Part shown: positions 53,065-64,000 of the stretch, piece by piece
Position numbering within the stretch: position 1 is the stretch's first letter
Layout: the number at the start of each line of letters is the position of its first letter
Origin: Amoebidium appalachense
Taxonomy: Eukaryota > Protista > Ichthyosporea
Length of the DNA: 64,000 nucleotides
Reading direction: 5' to 3'
NCBI GenBank assembly: GCA_963693365.1
Contig: CAVNZM010000005.1
Coordinates: forward strand, 8,722,334 to 8,786,333
Notes under the pieces: model-generated
What the model saw: the letters and a program-made list of their open reading frames with translations, nothing else
Told to the model about the DNA's origin: nothing
Databases searched by the model: none
Program-made: the position numbers and the translations under genes

Positions 53065-53738
53065 ACGCACACGCACACACACACACGCACGCACACACAC
53101 ACGCACACACACAAACATAGGTCAAGAACATGGTGTCCGAGAACCTGATATCATTCAGGAAAGCACTCAACACCATGCAACCCACCGTGTAGACGCTGAG
53201 TATGATGCCGACAGCCCACCCCCACCTTTGCCGCTTAGTATGTTTTTCTAGCCGATTGCAAAGCGTTTACGCCCCAAATGACGACAACAGCTGCAATGAC
53301 CATGATGTTTGCTCGAATGACCATCACGTTATACCCTGTGGGTATATATAAATTTGTATTCATTTGCATCAATATTTGTATTGAAACACATGTTCTAGAG
53401 AATTCACTCGTCGTTCAGTGAAAGTAAAGAATGATTGAATGATTGAATGAATAAACGGCTTCCTGTCCTTCAGCCACATTTTGTCTTGACATATTTTTAC
53501 ATGCTCATGGAACGAACAAACGAACGAACGGGCTTGTGTTTTTTTTTTTGTGTTATGTTGTGTTATGTTATGTTTTAGGGCTTTTGTCTCTACTAGCTCG
53601 AGTAGATGGTGGTTGGGATTGGGGTGGGGTTGGGTTGGTTCTCTTGACACCAATAAGTGTATCAGTTTTTCTGGTCCATAGCACGGGCATGTATGGTTGA
53701 GAATGCACAAGACTGGGTTTGCAATAGGCCGATTAACA

Positions 53739-54048
53739 TATTCCGGAATATGTGTTTTTCTGCACGTTGGGGACTGCTCAGCTATGAGATCTTTACGTGA
53801 CCCAAACCACAGCAAAACCACTTGTCCCATAATATCGTATTCCGGAATATGTTTGTATCAATACTGTCTAACTTCTATAACGTCTTGCTCATGGACTTGC
53901 AGACACGTCTTATGGCTCCTGGAACATGCTTATTTTAATTCTAATGTATATTCCGGAATACGTGTTTCCCCGAAGACGTGTTTCTCCACAAATCTGTGAT
54001 GGGCACGTTTTTGGTTCGTTTTGTCTTCTTGGTGGACTCTCAGAGTCC
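53739..54048. repeat. Right subterminal repeats: TATTCCGGAATA x3 and GGACTCTCAGAGTCC
   Basis: Perfect 12-bp palindromes at 53739, 53838 and 53949; inverted copy of the left motif at 54034. Confidence 0.8.
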
Positions 54049-54256
54049 GAATTGGATATGATATGTATAATTTGACACGAACGTGCAGGCCCCGTTCGGA
54101 TGTTTTCATGTCAATATTTTGCTGTGTTTTTGTATCCGAACACCCCTCATGACGGGCCGTCCCCGTTGGTCGATATCTTTCCTGCCGGGTCCCCAGCTCA
54201 GCATTTACTATTCATATGCTAATAAAATACCCCCGTTGTGGCACCACGTCCCAAAA

Positions 54257-54286
54257 TGTAAACTTTACAATTTCTCCCATTATCTG
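54257..54286 (-). repeat. Right TIR
   Basis: Reverse complement reads cagataatgggagaaattgtaaagtttaca, 28/30 identical to 26114-26143. Confidence 0.8.
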
Positions 54287-54708
54287 TTATAGTATACTCC
54301 CTTTCAAACTTTGAAGAATGCACGAGCTTCAACATGTACAGGGGACATGTCTAAAGTGGGAAAGGTATACTTCCATTCACGGAGCTGGGCCCGGAACGTG
54401 CGTCATCGGTCGGCCGTCAAGTATCGATTGACGAGCCTGGTCGTGTACTCGAGCTGGTTCTTGGGCCGGTTAAATGCCTCGAGCTCACCGTCGACGTCGT
54501 CGGTCTTGGTCTCATCCTCGTCCTCGGAAATGAACCGTGCTGCACAAGTACCACCGGCTACAATCAAGACGGTGTTTTGCACCTGGGAAAAAAAAAAAAA
54601 AAAGGAAAAAAAAGGATGGGGGAGGTCGGGGATCAAACCTTTTTTTGGGTGGGTGGGTGCCACTGGGTGGGTGGGTGGGTGGGTGGGTAGGTGGGTGGGT
54701 GGGTGGGT

Positions 54709-54759
<51 letters not shown>

Positions 54760-54907
54760 GGGTTGTTCTATCCAGGGTAGTGTCAACATAGGGTTGTTCT
54801 TTCCCAGGCGGTACTGTAATATAGTGTTAAGTCCAGTGGCTTCCAGCTCGAAAGTTGCGGAACATACTATAGTACTTGTGCAGAAATATAGCTTGGACCA
54901 CGCGCAT
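54287..54907 (-). pseudogene. 5' half of the decayed gene split by the giant element
   Basis: ...VQNTVLIVAGG...LTADR*RTFRAQLREWKYTF...FFKV*KGVYY| joins in frame to IRVFEDF at 26104. Confidence 0.65.
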
Positions 54908-55707
54908 GCACATTGTCAAGAAAGATAGTTCCAAAGAAACAAAGTGACAAACCACAATCTTGATACTGCTCAGCCGGCCATCCAAATAAACCACAAATAA
55001 AACTTTCTGATGTGATGTTTTTTGTCTGTGATGCCTTTAAGTTGCCGAAGTACAGCGTGGCCGCGGGACTTCCGAGTGACGTCGTGCGGCAGTTGGCCGC
55101 CAAGAGGCCCACGACGCTCAATATTTGTATTTTGCGCGCGAAATAATTGGCGTCTTCTCATTGGCAGACCGAAAACAGGAACCCGGGTCTGGCACCGGGA
55201 ATTTTGTCTCACATGAATACCCCAACATTTCAATAGAGGTTGATTTGCATAGACAATTTATGACAGCTAAAGAGAAAACGTTAACTTGGATATTAAGAAT
55301 CTAGACTAACCCCACAAATTTACATAAATCAAATATCATTGTCTGCGCATTCTTGAGAGGGAAAAACAATATCAATCCCCGGATGGACTCAACCAATTTG
55401 TTTTTGCCCTCCTCCACTGTAAACCCAATCATTGCGCTCTAAGCTCGTACACATATGTGAACTTCGGTAACGGACAAGCCCGGGTTCAAAACGTCCGGAG
55501 GCCGCTGTCAGCTGTCTCGTTTTCTTCAGTTTTTTTTTCTCTTTCTCTTTTTGAAGACAGCACAGCTTTCAGCGACTCCTCAGTTCCAGAGCCCCTCATT
55601 CTCCGTTACCAGAAGGTCTTTCGTGGGTCTTTTGGCACCTTTTTTTTCCCCCTTGAGCCCCGCATATATCCATCACCTCGCCCCTACTGTAGGCAGAGCA
55701 AGTAAGG

Positions 55708-57130
55708 ATGTTCTCCCTCATCTCCGTGCGCCTTTCGGCGGCCTCTCTCGCCCTCCCCCGGTCGCTTTTGCGCCCGAGCGTGACGCGTTTCCTCTCGACA
55801 GCTGCACCTCCCAAGCGGCCCATGGGAGCCTTTTTCCTTTACGTTAAGGAGAACAAAGAGATGGCTCAGAGGGTGAACCCCACCGCCAAGCTGACCGACG
55901 TCACAAAGACGCTCGGGTCTACGTGGAGGACTATGTCAGATGCTGACAAGAAGGTACATGTGCTTGATAATCTTGCTTGTTTTTGGCTTCTTGATTTCAA
56001 TACATCTGTCTCTGTTGGTGTCTTCTTCCACCTTGCTCTTCTTCCACCTTGCTTCCTTTGTTTCTTGTTCTTGCTCATGTGTTTTTGAAGTTAACATTGA
56101 ACAGCTTGCTATAATCCTTCTTCTTTCTTCTCCCCCGCGCTCCCTTGTCAACCACTAATCCGTTCTTTGCCCCCACTTTCCAACCCCAACCCTCACTTTA
56201 GTGCTTCAGGTCTTGTTGCTCTTCCGGGCGCTCTGCCCATCCGGCATGAAACGGTCTGTGCCGCAATTTATTTTGTTGAGCGGATTAAAACCCCCAGTTA
56301 CCGCCAAAACAGTTTTTGTTAGAAAGGAGTAAAGAGGGAAAGAATGAAACGAAAAGGGGGGGGACTAGGGAGTACGGCAAACACATCCTGTGTTTACAGT
56401 TCTTGTTAATTAGACCATTCGTCACACCCATCGTCACTGCACATCCCTTTTATTTGCCCCGACTCTCTCCCTTTACATGTTCTCATCCCTCCCCTATATG
56501 CGCACAACACTTCCTGAAGTGGTGTGGTTATTTAAATAATGTAAAGCGCTTGCAAAGGCAATGCTGCACACCTGCCTAACATGTTGTATGTTTTCTCTGC
56601 ACACAGCAACATATCGTACCCCTCAGCCCTTTTTCTACCAACGTACCACGTGTGTTCCTTTGTATTATTTCACAACAACAACCCCCCCCCCCCCCTCCCC
56701 TTTGACCTTTCCCCCCTCCCACCTTCCTCCGAAAAGGAATGAAAAAGAAAAACATTTTCGAGCTCTTTCTTCCTGCCCTTTTTTCTTTCATCTTTCCACC
56801 CTGACTCCACATCATCGCCCTAACTTTCTTTGCTCACCCCCCCCCCCCCCCCCCCCCCCCCCCAATCAAACACCCACACACACACACCCCTCCCCAACAC
56901 ACACGTACACGTACAGGCGTACGTTGACCGAGCCAACGAGGCCAAGAGCAGCTACGACAGTGCCCTCAAGGCCTACCACGACAGTCTCACCCCCGAGCAG
57001 AAGGCAGCACTCGATGCCCTGGTCAGTATCCCTTCCCCCCTCTCGCTCCCTCCCCCCTCCCTCATCTTGCCACCCATGCTTGCTTGCTTACTCGCTTGCT
57101 TGCTTGCTAAGCAAAAGTGGATGCCTGGGC

Positions 57131-57164
<34 letters not shown>

Positions 57165-57605
57165 TTCCCCATCGTTCTTGCTACCAAGGAGAATGAATGA
57201 CGATTTAAAGACAGGACAGTACAAAGCTTAACACCCACACGTGCATAAGCAGACACACACACACAGGCAGAGACAGGGATGTAACACGGTGTTGTTCGTT
57301 TAGGGCCTTTCCTCGGGTAAGGGAAGGGGGGGGGGGGGGAGGAACGAAATTATTTCGGGTGCTCTCAATGTAGGGTTACCCCTGACATTACACTAATAGG
57401 ACTTTCTCGTGCACTGTTTTGTGCAAAATGTTTGCTACACTGTATCTCTATGAAGCACGGTCTGGCGGAAATGTCCCCCCTCCTCCCCCCCCCCCCCCCC
57501 CCCCCCCTCACCTCCTCCTCCTCCTCCGAAAACACATGCACATGCACATTCTGCCTCACCTTCATATCCACCCCGCCCTTTTCCAATTTTGGTGTCTCCT
57601 GGACA

Positions 57606-57639
<34 letters not shown>

Positions 57640-57652
57640 CCCCCTCCCCCCC

Positions 57653-57710
<58 letters not shown>

Positions 57711-58174
57711 TTCTATCTTACCGCTTCTCCTCCTTTCCTATCCTTGGCCTTTTCCACTTTTCCATGCCTTCCCTCCCCCCTCCCCCCCCCCCCCCCCCCC
57801 TCCTCCTCCTCCTCCTCCTCCTCTCTTTTTTTTTTTTTTTTTTTTTTTTGCCTTTTTTTTGCCTTTTTTTTTTTTTGCCTTTTTTCCCTTCCCCTTTTAT
57901 TCTTTTCACCACCGCAGAAAGAAAAGACGAAGAAAGACGCTCAGAAGGCCAAAGAGGCAAAGGAGAGGCGGGCCATCAAGTTAAAGGAGAAGGAGGAAGG
58001 GAAGCCCAAGTCTGTCACGCCGGCCCTCGTCTTCTACCTTAAAGAGAACAGGGAGGCCATCAAGCAGGCAAACCCCGGAGCCAAGATGACCGAGATCACA
58101 AAGATTGGCATTGAAAATTACAAGAGCTTGTCTCCAGCAGAACGCCAGGTGAGGTTTGTTTGCATTTTCTTTTT

Positions 58175-58256
<82 letters not shown>

Positions 58257-58476
58257 GGCCTGTGGGTGCGGGTGTGGGTGTGGGTGTGTACACGTGTAGG
58301 TGGAGGTGGTGGGTGGGTGTACAGATTGGGGCCTTTGCAGGGAAGGGGAGTGATTGTGGCAGGCTTTCACGTACACCATGCGCACATTACTAACACATGA
58401 CATGTGCACCCACGCCAGCACACACAGCTACATGCCGTGCGCGCGCTCATGTGCTCATAAACACACACCTGTACCA

Positions 58477-58515
<39 letters not shown>

Positions 58516-59025
58516 TACGGGGATCTAGCCGCCGCCGACAAGGCCCGCTACAAGCAAGAGATGGAGGAATGGAGGAAGACCTACCCAGAGAAGACGAACC
58601 CCGCACTCGAAAAAGTCAAGGAACAGAGGGCAGCCGAAAAGGAAAAACTAAAAAGGCTAAAGGAAAAGTTGAAGGCGCAAGCAGAGAAGGAGAAGGAGAA
58701 GCTGAAACAGGAAAAGGAGGCGGCAAAGGCGAAATTTGAAAAGGTGAAAGAGAAGGCGAAACGGGAGGTTGAAAAGGAGAAGGCTAGACAGGCAAAGTTG
58801 AAGAGGGAGGCTAAGAAGGCGGCGGCGGCGGCCACGAAGGTGGAGAAACCAAAGAAGAAAACAACCTTGGCAACGGGGGCAGGAACGAAGAAAAAGGCGG
58901 CGGGTGCGAAGGGCGCGGCGAAAAAAACGACAGCGGAGGGAAAGAAAAAAGTGGCGGCGGGGGGTAAGAAGGGTGGGGACAAGCAGGCGACCAAGACGGT
59001 GAAGAGCACGAAGAAGGATAAGTAG
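55708..59025 (+). CDS. Mitochondrial-type double HMG-box nucleoid protein (TFAM/Abf2-like) with Lys/Ala-rich tail, ~364 aa
   Basis: Exons 55708-55953, 56917-57021, 57918-58148, 58513-59025, all phase 0. Arg/Ser/Leu-rich presequence; PKRPMGAFFLYVKE...WRTMSDADKK and PKSVTPALVFYLKE...YKSLSPAERQ boxes. Confidence 0.9.
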
Positions 59026-59313
59026 TGTTTCAACTGGGGGGGCAAAGATGTTTGAAGGTATGGTTTTCCTTTTTTGTGTGGTTTTTAGCTACCTTGAGTT
59101 TGTTTTGGGGGGAAAAAAAACTGGTGAGAAGGGGGGGGGGGGGGGGGGGGTTTGGCTTTGTACTTTGTACTTTGTTTCAGATTTTTGTTGTGTCTGGGAT
59201 GCATGCAGCCTTATTGATTTTGAGACTGGAGTGCTATCTCCTCGCCTTCACTTCACTGCAGATTGATTTGACGACTGCCGCCCTTACCTGATCTCCCCCC
59301 CCCCCCCCCCCAG

Positions 59314-59365
<52 letters not shown>

Positions 59366-59919
59366 CCCCTCCCTCCCTCCCCTCCCTTCCCTCCCCCCCT
59401 TTTTTTCTTTTTTTTTTTTTTTTTTTTTTTTTTTCCCCCTTCTCCTCCCCCCCCCCCCCCCCTTCCCCTCCTACCTTCTTTTTCCCCCCCTTCCCCCCCC
59501 CCCCCCCCCCCCCCCTGGCCAAACCCTGTATACACTCTTCTCATCAGCAGGTCTCTAACCCACTCTGCAGAACGTTTTACGCATTTCTCCCCTCGGAGAA
59601 CTTGGTCGTTGGTGCGTTTTTGTCTGACATCTAACGACTCTGCAGGGTCCCCTGAGACTACTGACACTCTAACATTCCCTCCCCTCTCTTACTTCCCCCC
59701 CCCCCCTCCCCCTTTCCCTCCTCCTTCCCCTCCCATTTTCTCTGCACACCCAACAGGTCTTAACCAGATCTGCACATCGTTAGTCACAATCTTCTCACAT
59801 ATATGAGAGAATGATCGTATTGGTACGATTTGTCTAATATCTGACGATTCTGCAGCATCCCTAAGACCCCCCTCCCCCTCCCCCTCCCCCCCTCCCCCCC
59901 CCCCCCCCCCCCCACCTCT

Positions 59920-60001
<82 letters not shown>

Positions 60002-60006
60002 TTCCT

Positions 60007-60041
<35 letters not shown>

Positions 60042-60102
60042 GCGCCTGTTGTTTTGCTTGTCATTTGTTGTTCTGGTTGATTACCTGTAATCTTCGCTTA
60101 TT

Positions 60103-60137
<35 letters not shown>

Positions 60138-60284
60138 TGTGCGGGGTTGCACATACCGGTGTCTACTTTTCTTCTTACTGTTTTTCTCTCCACACACTTC
60201 ATCTGTCCACTTCTGCATACCCCCTTTCATAGCTATAGACACACTTCACACATTGCGTTACGCGCACGCATGCACACACCGCTC

Positions 60285-60846
60285 TGTTGGCGACAGCTCC
60301 CTTGGAACCCATGCGGCATGTTACCCGCCGGCGTAACATAACTCGGACTATCGGTTTGGCTTTTTTCAAGCCCAAAGCAATGGGTGATACCATATTTCCG
60401 GCTGACATCCGGGGGCATAGCTTTCCGTTCGAAGACGATAAAGTTCCGCCCTAGTAAGCGTGTTACTACCCTGCGGCGTGGGTCAAATCTCATATTTTCC
60501 CCTCTGATTACGAATTCTGTGGCCTTCGGGACTTAATTCTTTTCAGCTGGTGTAGTATGTTAGCCAGGGAAGTATCGACTTAGGTATCGACGGGGGAGCT
60601 TCCTAGAAGCCCCGTCTCCTGAGTTCCTATCTATATTTTTCTTGCTTCTGCTTACTGCTGCAACTTTAACCCCCGGCCTTTCCCACTGCCCTTGCCTGCA
60701 TAAGCAACCCTGCTCGTCTCTGATCAAGACGGGTGACCTACTCATGTTCAAGTGAAACAGTATCTGAGTTGGGTTTCGTTAACGAGGGGAATAGGTCGAA
60801 ACTCGGGTACTGTGGATGACGTGGGCCCCCCCTGAGGATGGGCTCT
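60285..60846 (+). ncRNA. Possible structured non-coding RNA of unknown class
   Basis: Series of hairpins, several needing G-U pairs that work only on the + strand; no credible ORF. Confidence 0.3.
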
Positions 60847-60951
60847 GCTTATTATGCATACTCTTTATGTATGGCTTGCATTCTGCATCGTGTTATCCGT
60901 TTGTTCTTGTGTACTTCGTACTTTTTGACGCATTCAAACCCCCCCCCCCCC

Positions 60952-60996
<45 letters not shown>

Positions 60997-61033
60997 GGTG
61001 CCCCGGCCCTCCCCCGGCGTGACTCCTTGTCTT

Positions 61034-61074
<41 letters not shown>

Positions 61075-61098
61075 TGTGTCGGCGGTGGTGTCTCTGTT

Positions 61099-61149
<51 letters not shown>

Positions 61150-62726
61150 CTCTTTCCTCGTTTTGTTTGGGGTGGTTTGTTGTGTTCCTGTATGTTATTG
61201 TATCGATGCCAAGTTCGTGTTTGAAAGCCTTGCACTGTGTGGGGGGCATTGGGACCTTTAGATCTCTTTTGAAATTGGGAAGTGCTAGTGCAGGGGTTTA
61301 ATTTTTTTCGAAGTGAAACAAGGGACCTGGTTTGAATGGATTTCACTCTGTTCTACCTGCCCTCTCCCCTCCCCCCTCCCCCCCCCCCCCCCCCCCCCCC
61401 CCCCTCCTTCCTTCCTTCCTTCCGTCGTTCCTTTTGCCCTATTAAAAAGAGAGAGAGGGGGGGGGGGGGGGTCGAGGACAAAATGGCACCCACACCCAGC
61501 CAACCATTTCAACACACGGATTTTTGCTGACAATGCCACCCTTCCCCCCCTTTGTCTCCTCCTCCTTCTCCTTCCTTTCTCCCTTCTTCTTCGTCTTCCA
61601 CACACCCAGAAAGCAGGCACCCAGGCGGTAGAGATCTGTAAGAGCCCACAAGCGAATGGTCAAAACCGGCCATAGTAAAGGCAGGAGGGGTTGGAGTCAA
61701 GGGGTGTTTGTACTTGGCTCTTAGACTCTATAGGTTATAGATGGTGTTAATCACGGTGTGAGAGAATGCGTGTTTGTGTGTGGGTATTGGTATATATTTA
61801 CGTGTGCAGCATGTATGATATGGTGTGTTTGGTTGGTTTGTGTATGTTGTAGGCATTTAGTTCTACAATAGGTATTGAGACCCCTTTACGAAGGAAGTGG
61901 TCTTTCCATTGACGTTTTTTGTTTTTGTGGTTTGTTGTTTTTATGGCCCCCCTCGGTGTTTTCCTAGATGCTTTGGTGTTGCCAACTTCGAATATTGTTC
62001 TCGTATCTAGTGTCCTCCCTGCCTCTTCTCCCCTTGTCCTTTTTGTTTTTTTCCCCTTTCTTTCTTCCTTCCCTGTTGTCTCTCTTTTTCATTTCTTTCC
62101 TTTTTTTTTTTTTTTTTTTTTTTTTCCTTTTTTTTTTCCCCCCCTTTTTCACTACCCCACTCAAATGGTTTCCTTTAGTGCACGTTTTTAGCCTTTTCTA
62201 CGTGTACCTTTTTTCTTGCATCCAACAAATTCTGTCTTTGCTCTTTTTTTTTTGTTGGGGGGTGGGGGGGGGGGGAGGGTACGTGTTGTGTATCATCAAT
62301 GGGGCAGCACCGTTAGGTTAGTCCCTGAGTAGCACAAGTGGTATAGGCGTAAACCTGTGGGGATATCCTTTTTTTATATAGAATATCTAATACTTCTTGG
62401 ATTCTGCAAGAGTAAAGTGCAGAAATGCCGTGCTGCTGGCTGCAAATCACGGTGACGCTTTGCCCTCGCAAGGGGACAATCATGCGTGCATATATACATG
62501 TATGCAAGTTGTTGACTTTCAAACGTTCACACGGGGTGTATTTTGATATATATATATATATATATATATCCGGGATAGGCTGACCGGTCACAATGATTAG
62601 AGAAGTTGAATATGTAAGGAAAAACATAGCCATATATGTATATTATACTGCTCGTTTTGTGGTCGTTTCATGGTAAACACAATTAACACATTACACAGGC
62701 AAGGAGTCTTTGCACATGTCTATCGT

Positions 62727-62761
<35 letters not shown>

Positions 62762-63530
62762 CCCCGCCCGCCTGCCCATCCGTGGCTCCCCAACTTGGAC
62801 CCCAAGCCCACTGGTACATGTAACATGTACAATTCCCATCCACTAGGCCTACGAGAGCCGTTCCCATTGCAATTGTCAACACCGCTGCCCCCCCCCTTTT
62901 TTTTTTTTTGGTGCATATGTATTGCATGTTTGCAAAAAGGCCCCAGAACAAAAACCTACACCTTAAAAAAAAGGGGGGGGGCAGTGGTACCTCGGAGGAT
63001 GGGGCTAAAGCGTTCACTGTGGGAATTTAGGTTAGCTGTTATTACAGTAGCGACCGGGGGAGCTCGGGCCGCCCCTGTAAATGACACGCACGTGTGTGTG
63101 TGTGCGGGTGGGTGGGTCCATGGCCGGCCGTGGTTTTTTTGGGGGGGAGGGGGGAGGAGAAGGGAGGGGTTTTATATATATGATGGTAGCCTGCAGACCG
63201 CCAACACGGTGAAATTACGGGCTTGACAATGTGTAATTGTTAATGTTACTACTGAGTGTTCAGTCGTCAGACGGAGCTGAAATTTTTACAAAGCAGTAGG
63301 CATACGCTCTGCATATATTTTTTATATCGTTGAATTCGTTTATTGTAAGAAAAAAGGTTATAAGCAGTCACTGTGAAGTCATAAACTTCTAAAAGGCTAT
63401 GCATATGCCTGACCATGAGTCAACTTTTTCAACCGGACAGTCTCCCGGCTCTCAGAATACACCTGGAGCGAACCCCCTTTACCAAAAGTACCAAATTTAA
63501 AGAGACAACGGGGGGGAAGGAGGGGGGCGG

Positions 63531-63586
<56 letters not shown>

Positions 63587-64000
63587 GGACTGCGGGGAGG
63601 TGTGAACATTGGGGTTAAACCGGGTAAGGAAAAAAAAAGGGGGGGGGGGGGGGGGGGGAAAGGGATGGGGTTAAAGGTTTTGGTTCTGCAAAGATGGTTG
63701 TGAAGTCTGGGTGTGTGTGTGAAAACGTGGGGGTTAATGGGGAAAAGAATGGGAGGGCAAAAAAAAAAAAAGGAGGGGGGGGGGGGGGGGGGGGGGTGGA
63801 AGATGGGGTTAGACATTTGAGAGAGGTGACAGGGGGGTTAAAATGATGGGAGTAAACTTTTGTAGTTGAGAAAGAGCTTGTTCTGACGAACAGACGTTTG
63901 GGAGGACTGCGGGGATGTGAAAATTGGAGTTAAAACCAGGAAAAAGGAATGAAATAAACGGGATAAACTTGTGAAAGTGGTAAAAAGGGATCTCAAACCA

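Noticed and set aside
60285-60846. Telomerase RNA, RNase P/MRP or hammerhead identity for the structured region
   Set aside because: No 1.5-repeat template, no clear P4 motifs and no intact CUGAUGA/GAAA core were found.

Overview
Eukaryotic, intron-rich and transposon-dense DNA with long poly-C/poly-G, (CA)n and (CT)n tracts, which account for most ORFs in the track. Left third: a truncated copia 3' end, a Zisupton/KDZ-like transposase exon, an orphan LTR whose PBS is interrupted by a near-complete Ty1/copia element (half-tRNA-iMet PBS), and a complete Ngaro-type tyrosine-recombinase retrotransposon with A1-B1-A2-B2 split repeats. Main discovery: a ~28.2 kb element (26114-54286) bounded by 30-bp TIRs (28/30 identical) and an imperfect 8-bp TSD, which splits a minus-strand pseudogene whose two halves rejoin in frame. 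It contains a nested LINE, a decayed transposase-like gene, and a divergently oriented ~21-exon gene of ~2000 aa; the first 20 exons splice in consistent phase and fuse a 2OG-Fe(II) dioxygenase, a ParB/Srx-like domain, a beta-class N6A/N4C DNA methyltransferase and an OTU-like protease, probably followed by a duplicated unknown domain. Right end: a mitochondrial-type double HMG-box gene with an H1-like tail and a possible structured ncRNA. Domain and family calls come from motif recognition by eye; no database searches were run.
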